From: Dimorphilus gyrociliatus
Lineage: Eukaryota > Animalia > Annelida
Assembly: GCA_904063045.1 (NCBI GenBank)
Contig: CAJFCJ010000026.1
Span: 1 to 64,000 of the forward strand
Length of the DNA: 64,000 nt
Reading direction: 5' to 3'
A program made the translations under genes and the position numbers. The notes beneath the pieces were generated by a model, which ran no database searches, was not told where the DNA came from, and worked only from the letters and a program-made list of their open reading frames with translations. Below are positions 24,245-40,764 of this stretch, piece after piece. The first letter of the stretch is position 1. Each line of letters opens with the position of its first letter.

Positions 24245-24726
24245 TGGAAGTATGAAAGTAGCGACGAAAATTTTTTGCGTAAAGAAAATATATACCTCTA
24301 GTTATTGATATAAAAATATATACATTATATTTTTTATTCAGAGTAGAAAATTAATTTTTATTTATAAAAGTCTAATCTATAAAGTAACAATTTGAACAAT
24401 TAGATTAACATTTTCAAATTTAAAAATATGCAACAATCGTAATAATTATTTGTAAATGTCATTTTTTTTACAACCACGGATTGAAAACGTATTTAATTCG
24501 AATTTATTAAAAGCAACAAAGAAATACCCGACAGCATCAAAACTTTTTAAGATGAACCCCTTATATATAGTTTTCCATTAAAAAAAATATTTTGCATAAC
24601 ATAACTAAATATACAAAACTTTAACAGGTTTTCAATGATAAACCAAAATCATTAAGTCATATATTCATTAACTGTTCGGTTGAGAGAATTGTATAAAGCA
24701 TATATAAAGTATATTCGCATCCTCTT

Positions 24727-26104
24727 TCAAGCAGAAGTAGAAACTACAAAATTCAAGTAATTCTTTAGTCTAAAAGGCAATGGGAGTTTGACTATATCTT
24801 CAACTGCAGTATATTTGAGAGTTGTACATCGGGATAAATGCTGCAGAGTCGGTATTTGAACAGGAGATTCAACAAACGAAACAGTTCCATAACGATCTCT
24901 AAAAAAAGAAAAAAAATTTCAATAGAGTAGTGTGAGGTGAAAATTTTATACTAATAAATTCAGTTAAGCTACACATTGTTAAAAAACAATATGTTTACGT
25001 ACCCTACGGCCAAAACTCTTCCATTCGGCGAAAAAGAGCAGCATAGTATATGACTTAAACTAGCAATCGATTGTGGTACATCAATATCACTTTCAATGTT
25101 CCAAAACCTTACATATCCATCGTCGGCTACACTAGCGACGTGAACTCCATCTTGAGAATATGATACTCCTCTGACGAAGGCATCATTTTCACCAGCAGCA
25201 TATATGGCTGATGGCATAGGGAAGAGATGACCAAAATCTCTCAGCTTGGTGGCACATTGAACATGCCAAATAATCACAGTAGAATCATAGGAAGCAGTGG
25301 CTAGAAACTGGCTATCCGGAGAGAAATGGGAAGAGACAACGTCGTGATGATGACCCTCCAATCTGGCAATTTTGTTGTAGGTTTTGCCATCAAATAGTTC
25401 AGCATACCTTGATTTACCCGTAACAGCAATGGCTGTTGCGTCTGGCGACCAGGCACAAGAATATAGCCAGCTTGGACCTTTAACCTTTATTGTTTTAAAC
25501 ATATTACCGTAGTCATTAACTTGCCAAAATTTCAAGAGGCAGTCTCGTCCACATGATAAAAGTCTCATCGATCCATCCGGGGCAAAACACAGACTTCTAA
25601 CAATATTTGTATGGTCCACCAGATCCAGGACTGCCGTAGCTGTGTCTACTTTCCATATGCGAATTCTACCAAATTGTAAACCAATAGCCAAGACAAGATC
25701 CTTCTTAATTTTATTAGAGCCAAAAGCTAATGACCATATTAAGTCACCAGCATCAATAGTAGTTTCTGACTTTCTTCGAATTATTTGGTTGTTCTCATCT
25801 GTATTATTGACATTTATCGGACAATTTTTATCATTATTCCAAGGTATCAAAGCTAGTTGGCGTTGACCCTTTGACCAAGCGAAGTAAGTACCATCATCCG
25901 ACCATGCACAACACCACGATTCTTTTCCTGCTTTCCAATTTTGAATAATTTCTACAGATCGCAGCTGGTGTATTACTTGGGCATTATCTAAATGAAAATT
26001 ACTGAGTCGTATAAAATAGTTGATACAAATGCATTAAATATACTTTTATTATAAAGCTAATGTGATAGTTTTTATCTGAATCACAAACCTGAGAGACTAG
26101 CCAT
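24727..26104 (-). CDS. WSB1: WD repeat and SOCS box-containing protein (WSB1-like), 3 exons
   Basis: MASLS exon 26104-26089. Main exon has ESWCCAWSDDGTYFAWSKG, LQFGRIRIW and WD40 repeats (GHHHDVVSSHFSPD). Last exon encodes a SOCS box (PTLQHLSR...LPLPFRLKNYL), stop at 24729-24727. Confidence 0.9.
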
Positions 26105-27567
26105 TGATTAACGAATAAAATGTTCTAATTTACAAGAATTATTTAGAATTTTTCGGTTGTACGTAAAGAGCCGGTACGCGTTATACCCTGTATCGATTCA
26201 AATTGTGTGGGACGCTAGCTAGGACATCGGCTACTAGATGGCAGTGTTGTATATTTCCTAGCAGACGAAATTTTAAAAAACAAATAGTCTTTTAAATAAT
26301 CCAAGAATTAGAAGAATCTATAAAATAATATTCAAATCAATCTGTTAAATCAGTTGTTCACAGTTAAACTTTGTAAATGTGGGTTAATTTTCTAGTTAAG
26401 ATCATATCATAGTAACATAACTTGAAAAGTTAAATTATTAACGTAATTTTAATAATGATAGATAAAAAAATAATAGAGGAACCGAAACATGGCCTCGAAA
26501 AATTAATCAAACACACTAATATTTATCTTGACATATCGAGAGTTGAAGGGGTGATAATGCCTTTTTAAAATACGTCCCAGAAAAAGTTGACATTGAAGTT
26601 AGCTGAACTGACACAACAATGGATAAAAAATTAAATTGCGCACGTATCAAAAGCGATTATATATACAGTGTATATATATATATATTCTATGTTAAGAAAA
26701 TATAATATTGGATTGTGAAATATATACATGTTATAAATTACTAGTCCATTATATAAAATTAAAAAAAAGCATATGAAGCAAAAGCTGTAGCTTAAAATTG
26801 TTTTCTAATTGCATCCGTTGGTTCTATGGAATTATCTACTTTCTGTTTATATTTTACATTATAGTTTCAATGGTTAATCAGGGATTTTTAACTATTGTGT
26901 ATCCATATCATGTAAATAAAATATTCTTGTGAAATTTGTTAGCAGACTATCTTGGAATTTTCAGGAAATGTTACGAAACTTTTCGAGCTTCGATTAAAGA
27001 ACATATACTTTACCTAACTGTCTTGCGTCCGTATTTTGAGCAAATGGTCTTTTTTCTATTCCCATCGGATTATCAATCACCTATTATCGATTAAGGTAGA
27101 TTCTTAGATTTATATAAAAAAAATTTGTTTACGATTAGCAGAAACGACGTGTCGTCTCCAAAAGGTAATCGATAGGTCCTTGACTGGTTTGAACCGCTTT
27201 TAGAGGATGTTTCAGTATTTATAACTGTTTTCGAATTTGGAAAATTTTTCAAATATTTATTTTTTTATTTTATTATAAAAAGCCAAAAAATGTTTCTCAC
27301 ATTTGCTTCAACATTATTTCAAAAGAAGTTCAATTTTTTTTTAATTTTTTTCAGCCAATTACCATTTAGATGACATAAAAGTATGGGTGCGGGAACTTAA
27401 GAAAAACAATACAATATTGATATTTTCCACATTTTTTCTATGTTTTATAATTAATAGTAAAAAAATACGACTTTTGAAATCATAATTTGTTATTTAGTTA
27501 TACTTGCTCAACGAAAAGTCCAATGTCTGTTGTTTAGTGTTGTTAACAAGTATAGAAGCTAAACGAT

Positions 27568-27603
27568 GATTGGCTACGGCACGCAAATTTTTCTGTGACG
27601 TCA
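27568..27603 (+). promoter_or_regulatory. S6K proximal promoter: reverse CCAAT and full CRE
   Basis: GATTGGCT at ~27568 and TGACGTCA at 27596-27603, about 90 nt upstream of the ATG. Confidence 0.45.
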
Positions 27604-27692
27604 TAGTCTGAAGAAATTAGTTCAATGTCCGGTGGGGTATTCCAATTTTGTGTCAGCATTTAAAATTGTTATTTACGTCGCACAAAATAACA

Positions 27693-31380
<3,688 letters not shown>

Positions 31381-32411
31381 CACAAAAAGCCATATAAACC
31401 GCATCTCCCGCTTCTAGAACTATGATTTTCATGTATTTTTTTACACAGTGGTTCTTTGAACTTCTGAACGCATCGGTGCTTTTATATTGACTTTTAATTC
31501 GACGATCTATGCAGCAGAAAATTCATTTTAGAATCGAGAGATTGACAGTTATGCTGGGTATTGTGATATTATGTGCATTTTGTAAACATTGAATCGTACA
31601 GTATTCGTATTTTAACCCTTCAAAATGCTAAATAATTAACGAGAAACTATTTGTTTGTTTTTGTTTTAAAGACGATTTTTATTTTATACTTACTAATTAT
31701 TGACAGCGATATCCCCCTCTTCTATGCTTAAAATACCCTGAATAGCCAAGTCAGATTGATGCTTTGTTCCGCAAAAAAAAAACACACCACGGCGAATAAT
31801 AAGATCAACGTTATTTATCTTGGAAAAAACTGCAAAATCTTAATATCTTTGCAGTGTTGCTGTAGGACGTACGGAGGAACCAGCTACTGTCTTCTATCCG
31901 ACAACGTCAAAGAAACGTTCGCATCCTCGCTGGTTGGAAAGTTCTTTCTTACGAAAGCTATTCTGATTCCAATATGTTTTTTTTTATTATTTAATTAATT
32001 TTATGTTCATTATTAATATTGTTATTTCACTGATCAAGCATTTTTTTGGTAGACTAGCTTTTAAGATAAAATGTCAAAGTGTTTATATATATATTGTATA
32101 TATATGTAAGCAGTTGCATTGAAAAATGGTTTTTTTTTTTTTGTTACTATATCTCCTTCGGCTGATTAATTTCATTCAAGTTAACTATTTCTCTTAATTT
32201 TTTCTCTTCATGTGTGATAAACGCTATAAAAGAATTGTTACATGTGCGATATATACAATGTATATACAGGACATATGAATATTTAAATAGTAAAATATAC
32301 AAACAATAATATTTATTTTTATTGTTATTATAACAAAAGTAATAAATATTAATCTCAAAAATGAAAACTGTACGGTTATCAATTATTTGAGGAGAATTAT
32401 TTTACTCTGTC

Positions 32412-34153
32412 TTACTCTTCGGTTAGAGTACGAATCTCTTGGGCTAAAATGTTTGTTATTCTCATGGCTTCTTCGGCATCTTCGCCTCCTATTTCTTTGA
32501 GTGCGTAGGCGGCCGCGTCTCTAACGCTAGAGATAAAATCGTTCCTCCATAAAAGGACTAGCGAAGAAATAGCTTGTTTTGCTTTAAGTCTTCCTAAAGA
32601 GAGACATCCGCTCTCTCTAACAAGTCGATCTTTGTCACTGAGACACTTTATGAGTGCTTTAATTACTTTTTCTTCATTTGAGCCTGTTTTTGCAAGTGAT
32701 ATTGCGGCAACTGTACGAACGTTATTGTCTGAATCATAGAGTAGATCAAGTAGAGCTTCCATAACTGCCTTAGAACGGAATTTTCCAAGATTTTCAATCG
32801 CTTCCACTCTAACAGTTGACTCCATATTGAAGACTTCTCTTATCGTATAGCTTTCAATAGCTTGCTCTTGTACACAAGTCCAAAAAGGACATTCCTCTTC
32901 GTTTATTGTACAAAAATCTAAAAAAAGAATACAAACGTACTGAAATTCAAAAGTTTTTTTTTAAAAGAAACTTACGATCATAATTCTCTTTTACCACTCT
33001 TCCCCCATTGTCAGCCACCTCCAATTCTCTTTTCAGTATATTTAGTAGCCACTTTTGATCTTTAGATTCTATCATATTGTTTAGTGCCTTATCTACATCC
33101 TTTAGAAAAGCTTCCTCAAATTCAGGATCCCATTTTATATAATTTCTTCCCTTGAAATTCTTTTCCCAGAAACTCTCATTTGATACTTTATTCTCATACT
33201 CCTTTGGTTCTTTATCAACCTTTATTGGTCTTATTGATGTTCTCGATGGATGTCGTCTAAGAGATGGTTGATTTTGAACTGACAAAATAACGAGTACAAA
33301 ATTAATATTCAACCTCTGACTTATTATTTATTAGCACCTGGTTCCATATGCTGGCTAGGGGCATTGAAATCTGCCACCTCAGTTTGTAGAACCGACTTAA
33401 TCTTTGAGGCAAGACTGAACAAATTACTCTCGTAATCTTCTTCTTCTAGAAATAATCGCCATTCAAAGCGAGCTAACTGCAGTTTCCTATAAGAATAAAA
33501 AAGAATGAGGAAGAGAATAAGCTTTTTCAATGAAATATTAAGACATATTGTATTATATATTATATATTATTATTGTATAAATTATATATTTATAAGAAAA
33601 TAGCCTACATGCCAACGTCCATTTTATTGAAAAGATTTCGCGGTTGTTCTAAAGCCACAGGGAAAATAGGTTTTTTTGAAATATAAGCCAAGGCAAGCTC
33701 ATCCTGACAGTATTTTGATTCGACAGTTTTTTCACTCAAAAGTGAAATAAAGCACTGTGAAAAATAAGATAAAAGAAAACTATTCTCTTCAATCCGTGTT
33801 AAACTTGTCACGGAATTGGAAAAAAAAAACAAAAATAAAAATACCGTGGCATCTAATATAGCTTGTCCAATTTTACTTAGAAAATCCATACCAGCTTTTA
33901 ATCCAGTAATGTCAGCCCAGACTGTAACTCCGTGTTCTTCGAGTCCACCTATCAAATGTAATAAAGAGGACATAATTATATTGTGAAAGATAATCATAAA
34001 GTCCAATTACAAACTTTTTAATCTCTTCATTTCTGCCATGTTTGCATGACTGTAGCTAATCATTACATTCTTAGGCTCGTCTAAGACGTCCACTCGTTTT
34101 TGTTCATTTTTCAATTCTTTATCAATTTTATCTGTGATACTGTTGGGCTCCAT
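32412..34153 (-). CDS. TIR domain + EF-hand-like + HEAT repeat protein (paralogue A)
   Basis: TIR_2-type motifs NVMISYSH, VWADITGLKAGMDFLSKIGQAI and SKYCQDELALA. Middle FWEKNF...IKW..FEEAF segment. C-terminal HEAT repeats (DSDNNVRTVAAISL, DKDRLVRESGCLSLG). Start codon uncertain (34153 or 34195). Confidence 0.8.
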
Positions 34154-34401
34154 TTGACTTGGAGTTCTACTGCTGTCCTTAAAGCTCTTGTACATACTGA
34201 AACTAAGTGACATAAAGTGACTCACCTATTCCTCTTATTGATTATTCAATTGTTAACTAAAACATGGTTATATCTACAATTGGGGGAGAATGTCTAACCG
34301 ACGTTTAGAAATAAAGCATATTTCTCTATCCAGATAACAACTTTACACAAAGACAGTAAGCACCATACAAGGTAAGCATTTGATATATACCACTAGTTAT
34401 C

Positions 34402-34438
<37 letters not shown>

Positions 34439-34817
34439 GTATATAGCTGCTGTAATACAGTATAATTGTAAATTATAGTTGAAAAAGCAGTAAAAAACCA
34501 AAAATTAGATATATACCTATGCAGAATTAACTATAATTTTGATAACAGAATAATAGCTTTAGAATCTTTATTATGTCCACTTATGCTTTTTTGGATATAT
34601 TAAGTATATACATATATAATTTTATAGGCGTTGCTATTAAGGGAAATAACCTTATTTTTTTTTTAAATATTACTCATTTTCTTTGAAATCTTTTGGAAGA
34701 GAGGATAGAGTATGGTTCTAAATTTTCTTACGAACCTTTATAATTAACTATTAACTGAATATATCAAATAGAATTAGGTGTAGCAAGCGGGGATAGTTTG
34801 TTGAATCTGTTTTAGCG

Positions 34818-34874
34818 CGCCATTTTCGCCGTTGTTAAGTACGGAGTAAGGTGATTGATCAATAAATGACGTCA
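34818..34874. promoter_or_regulatory. Candidate bidirectional promoter core of the TIR pair: YY1-like motif (minus strand) and full CRE
   Basis: CGCCATTTT at 34818-34826 (AAAATGGCG on minus) and TGACGTCA at 34867-34874, in a CpG-richer island between the two divergent genes. Confidence 0.5.
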
Positions 34875-35312
34875 TGGAAATTTCAGCAAATCGTATACTA
34901 TGAAAAAAATCACAAATGAGGATTCTCTTCCCGAAGAGTGATTGCTAGTAACACACCTAGTAGGCAAGTTGGATAATAAAAAAAAGCGGAGTCAGTCGGC
35001 ATCGGAAAAACGTAAAGTAAAAATCATTTAAAACATTCTGATAGGAATAACGTTATGTTAGAAATCAAATTAGACGCTTTTGGATTATAATTTTTAGATA
35101 TAAATATAGTGTTTTATTTTCTTATTTTGCATCGTTTTAATTGAAGAATAGAAACAAAAAAAAAATAAAACAGAAACTTTGTGGTAAATAGCAATTAAAT
35201 TCTTAATTTCATTTAATTAGACGCCTTTTAATATTTGAAAAAAAAAGTAATAAAAAAAAAACAAAAAATAGTAGGCTTTAGAATTGAAATAGTTCGAAAT
35301 GAAATTTTTAAA

Positions 35313-37830
35313 ATGGGTTGTGCGCCTACTAAACATGTGAATATACCGAATGGGAGAAATATTAGAATAAATAGTAAGTTAAATGATGTCGTCAACGTAC
35401 CTTAATTAGAGAATTAAAGATATAAATTCAATGTTTTAATAAAAATCCATAAACTTCGATGTTGTAACTTATCAAGAGATGTAGAATATATATGACACTA
35501 AAAAATAATTCTAAATGCTCCCTCTATATCTCTCTATTCTGTCTATATATATATTTATTTTACATCCTTAAAGATAAAGCGAACGAAAAAAACAAGGCCA
35601 TAACCAAGTCAATACCTTTCGTGTACAAACTTGTTTTAAATCTATATAAAATGTTTATTGCCTTTTTCTTTCCCTATCAGTAATTGAACCAACAAGTATA
35701 GCAGATTTTAGTGAAACGCAAACTAAAACGCCTTCGTCATCTAGAAGCATTTCAAAAACAACAATAAAAGAAACGGTTAGCGAAGAAACTGATAAACCTT
35801 TGGAAGAGAAAAATTGGCCAAGAACTTTAGCTTATTAATAATTAATAAATATGAATGAATCTCTAGACGTTCTTATAAGCCATTCTAAAGAGGATATAAA
35901 ACACGCCGAATATATTGCAGGTATGATATATATTTGCAGAAAGAATTAGAAATCATATAAATCATGACAATTGTTTACAAAGAGAGTTTATTTTTAATCC
36001 AAGAAATGCAAGCTTTTTCTTGAATATTATAATATTAATTCAATCAATAAGACCATTATATATATATATATATATATGCATTATATAAATTAGTCAGAAA
36101 ACAAAAATATCCAAAATCGAGAGGTAAGTATATAATTAACTGCTTTTTGCTCTTTCAACATCCAAACGCTTTCTTTTTTAAGAAGTTACCATAGTAACGA
36201 AAGGTATGTCTTTCTTCCTAAACAGATGGACTCAACAAATCAGGTATTGTGGCTTATCATTCTGCTATAGACTCGGCGACTGTAAAATCTGGACTACAAA
36301 AAAATGATGCTATTGTTAAGGCTAAGGTAATAAAAAATATCTCTATACAGCATATAGAGTCTTATAAATATGTATATTACAATATAGATATTTACAAATG
36401 TATTTATAGCATCATACTGTAAAATCCTTATTTTTACCAAGGAAAAATATAAAGCCAACATTCATATCCAAATATAATTTCAATACTAATTTCTTTTATT
36501 CCTTTTTTTTTAATTATCCTTAAGGTATTCCTTCTCATACTCAGCCCGTATTCGACTAAAGATGAGAGATTGAAAGACGAAGTTGCTTTGGCCTACATTT
36601 CGAATAAACCCGTTTTTCCAATTGCTCTTAAACATTACAGTGCATTAGCTGGTGATATGGATAGTGCTCTGTGAGTTTCGATTTTTCTATAATAATGTAA
36701 ATATAGTTGTGAGAATTGTTTTTCTTTAACCGGGGTCGATAATAGGAAATTGATGTTAGCAAAAATAAATTGGACATTCTTAACAAACAAAACTTCTCCG
36801 CAAGACACTATTGACGAGTTAATAAGTCAAATCAAATACCAGTTAAAGAATATATCTGAGAGTCCTTCTACCCAAGCGACTGTTGATAAATTCGACGCTT
36901 TTCAAGGTTTAAACAAGAATAGAGAGAATAGAGAGGAAGACGACGAGAAAGCTAACAACATTCGTTCTGACTTTTGGCAAATTAATTTTCAGGATAAGAA
37001 CGAAATTCAATGGCAAGAGTTTCGTGATGCTTTCATAAAAGAGTACGAAGAGAAGATATGCAAAAACTTTGGTTTTGACAGAGTCAACTGGTTTTGTGAA
37101 CTCCTTTTTGACGATGTTTTTGAAAAGTCACTGTTAATAGAGAAAGCTGCCTATCAGAAATTTATAGGAGACAAAGAGTTTGTTAGCAAAGACACTTTTT
37201 ATCAAAGACTTCGAGATTACGGAATAGGCATGTTGGCTATGAAAGAGGTTTTTGACATGAAAAGTTCTGTAAGAATAACTGCTGTACAGAAACTAGGTTT
37301 TTCAATTATTATTATTTTTTGACGTTATGATATTGTAATTACATTTTTCTTTTTCTTCTTCTTTATATCAAAAGGTTCTTTCCAAACGATTTCTGTAAGA
37401 TCGGCTCTTCTTGATCTTACGTATGATAATGATCCCAACATAAGGGCGGTTTCCGCTTTGGGCCTCGCCAAGACTGGAAGAAAGGACGACTGGATTATAC
37501 GGAGGTTAACAAGTATGTTGAACGACAACGATAGAGTTGTTAGGGAGAGTGCGTGTCTAAGCTTGGGTCATATGAAATGTACAAAAGCAGTAAGCAATAT
37601 TATTGATGTATGGTAAGTTTACACTTTTCAATTTAAAAGATATTCAAATAAGAATATTCATTACTTTATTAATACGAAATTTATTATATTTCTTTTTATT
37701 AATTAGGCGTAATGACCCAATTAAACATGTTCGAGAAGCTGCTCAAGTTGCATTATCCAGAATGGGAGGCGAAGAGGCTAATAAGGCAATGAAAATGGTT
37801 GAAGTCTTATCAAATGAAATGAAAAATTGA
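35313..37830 (+). CDS. TIR domain + EF-hand-like + HEAT repeat protein (paralogue B) with MGC N-terminus
   Basis: MGCAPTK exon, DVLISHS, LKDEVALAYISNKPVFPIAL, FWQINF...IQWQEFRDAF and HEAT repeats (DNDPNIRAVSALGL, DNDRVVRESACLSLG). Collinear with paralogue A. The junction at ~35816-35867 is unresolved. Confidence 0.75.
36185..36198. promoter_or_regulatory. RFX X-box-like element in an early intron of TIR paralogue B
   Basis: GTTACCATAGTAAC matches the GTNRCC-N0-3-RGYAAC consensus. Confidence 0.4.
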
Positions 37831-38106
37831 ATGAAAAGAAGGAAAGAGCGAAAAAACTGTTGGCATTAAACTATCTAAACTATTTATATTATTTTGTTGT
37901 GAATTTGAATAATAAACTGACAGTCGTTTTTAAATAGCACTCTATCCAAAATCTATTTCTAGTTTTTCTCTATTAAAAGCTATTATTACAACAATAGAAG
38001 AGTTATTGCTGCCATCTATCAGCGTTTTAACTGGTTTGGCAGTTGTCTATATACGCTCCGTATATTATACCTTATCTTGAATTATCGCTCAACAAGCATA
38101 TCTAAA

Positions 38107-40622
38107 ATGTTGTCTTTATCAGGCCGTAAGTACTGTTGATTAGTTAGAAATAGATAAATATCTACGATAAAAATAGTTTGAATCAATGCTAGTAAACGAT
38201 TTTGATAACTAGGTATCGCCAAGAGGCTCACTTCCTCAACCGCCTATAGTTCTCTCAAGGACATCCTAACAAAGGAACTGGATGGAATCAGAGAAGCTGG
38301 AACCTGGAAAACTGAGCGTGTTATTACAACTAAACAAGCTTCTGTCATAAAAGTTGCAGGAACCGAGGATAAAATTCTCAATTTTTGTGCAAATAACTAT
38401 TTAGGATTGTCGGTATGATTTAATTTTTCCATTAAATTAAATATAAAAATACCCTCCTTAAACTAAATGTTCGTTTTTTTTTCCTTCTTAGAGTCATCCA
38501 CAAGTTGTAGAAGCCGGGAAGAAAGCATTAGACAGTCACGGAGCGGGTCTAAGCTCTGTAAGATTTATATGTGGAACAACTGATTTACATATGGAATTAG
38601 AAGAGAAAATATCAAAATTTCATAATAGAGAAGATACAATCCTGTACGCTAGTTGTTTTGATGCTAATGCCGGCTTCTTTGAAACAATCTTGACAAAAGA
38701 CGATGCGGTTCTGTCTGACGCTTTAAATCATGCATCGATAATTGATGGAATTAGGTTGTGCAAAGCTAGAAAATATCGCTATATTCATAATGATTTAGAA
38801 GGTTTGAGTCTTTGTCATTTATTATCACGATTTTCAATTTATTTCTCTCTCCCTCTTTCTCTGTTTCCAAAAAAATAAAAAACAAACACAAATACAGATT
38901 TAGAGGAGAAGCTCAAAGAATCTCAAGATTGTCGAGTTAGATTAATTGTTACTGATGGAGTCTTCTCAATGGATGGTGATGTTGCCAAATTAGAGTTCGT
39001 ACACTGGAGATTAGTTTTTTCATGTATCATTTTATTTAATGAAGAAGTAATTTATTGTCAATGTCTTTTGTAGTAAAATTGTACAGTTGGCTGATAAGTA
39101 TAATAGTTTAGTTTTCATTGACGAATGTCACGCAACAGGATTCTTTGGCAAGACTGGACGGTTAGTTATAGTAATGAAATATTTAATTAGTAGGATAACT
39201 TCATTACGTTATCTGGCTTTATTGTATTTGGAAAAATTATAGGGGTACTGAAGAACATTTTAACATCAAAGTGGACGTTATCAATTCTACGTTGGGAAAA
39301 GCTCTTGGTGGCGCGGCTGGCGGATATACAACTGGCAAGAAAGAACTAATAACGCTTCTACGACAAAGGTCAAGGCCGTACCTTTTCTCTAATTCCCTAC
39401 CGCCGGCTGTTGTGGCGAGCGCCTCCAAGGTAACGCCACTTTGTTACAGAGATCATTCGAAAAAATCTACTTTATTTATATACGTATGCATGAAGAAAAT
39501 GCAACATTTCCATGCTGTCTAATGCATATTGTCTTAGGCAGTTCGTTACAAAGCTGAATATTTTAAGATTGTTACTTTCTATCCTGAAAATGACTCCACC
39601 AAACAAAGAAAGAAAGAAAACAAAAAAAAAACAATCAAGAAATTTATTATCATTGTCAAAAGATTTTAGAAATAGATAAATGGATGGGAAAAAAGGGAAA
39701 AAAAAATAGAGACAAAACCGATAGGCTAGCAAGCTCTCAGGCAGACAGGCAGATAGACAGACAAGTAGACAGGCAGAGAGGAACACCACGCACTCTCATA
39801 TATATATGTCTATATATATATATATATATATCTACGTACATACATGCAATTAAATATGTTATTCCAGCAAACGGATGTAAATATATATACCTTTATTTAT
39901 ATCCATTTAGTTGAATGAAAGTCATATATAGTTTTATAAATAAAAAAAAGTCTGCTTTAAAACTCATTTTCTTGGGATAAAAATATATGACTAGAATTAA
40001 TCAAAGGAAATATAAAATAACAATATCATCTATTGTATAAATCTTCTATTTATAATTATACAATTTGAATATAATGTACAGTATATTGTGTATATATTAA
40101 TATATATATATATATATATATACTAATATATAGCATAAAATGTCTATACTGTATATTTGATATTAAAGTAAATTATAGGCTTTTTCATTTTTGTTTGTTT
40201 TTTTTTTAGGTATTTGATCTTCTGATGGAGTCTAATGAAATAGCCGAAAGACTATCAGAAAATGTTGAGAGATTTAGAAGTCGAATGACCGAAGCTGGTT
40301 TCACTTTGAGCGGAGACAGATGCCATCCAATTGCCTCTGTTATGCTTGGTGATGCTCGTTTGTCTAGTGCTTTTGCTGATGAAATGCTTAGTAAGATCTT
40401 AGTTCCTATTCTCCCCTTTTCCCTCCCTCCTTTATTAATATACTATTCATCTTGTAATATTTTATAGATCGAGGTATATACGTAATTGGATTTAGTTATC
40501 CTGTCGTTCCGAAAGGCGCAGCAAGAATAAGAGTGCAACTCAGTGCGGCTCATTCTCTAGCGGAAGTTGATAGAGCAATTGATGCTTTCATCGACATTGG
40601 AAAACAACTAAAAGTTATATAA
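38107..40622 (+). CDS. GCAT: 2-amino-3-ketobutyrate CoA ligase (glycine C-acetyltransferase), mitochondrial
   Basis: [86 protein letters not shown] and ARIRVQLSA. Short presequence-like first exon. Confidence 0.95.
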
Positions 40623-40764
40623 TACAGATGGGTTAATGAATGAATACGTTGTTATTCTTATATTACTAATAAGTCCTTTATTAACATTCAATTATCTGGA
40701 GAATACAATCTATAAGCTAAGATATTATAACTTATTATTCAAATTTAGCATTCAAGTATCAGCA

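Noticed and set aside
35816-35869. In-frame TGA at a GC-AG junction as possible selenocysteine or recoding
   Set aside because: No SECIS evidence, and other genes here use TGA as a normal stop. An indel or alternative donor is simpler.
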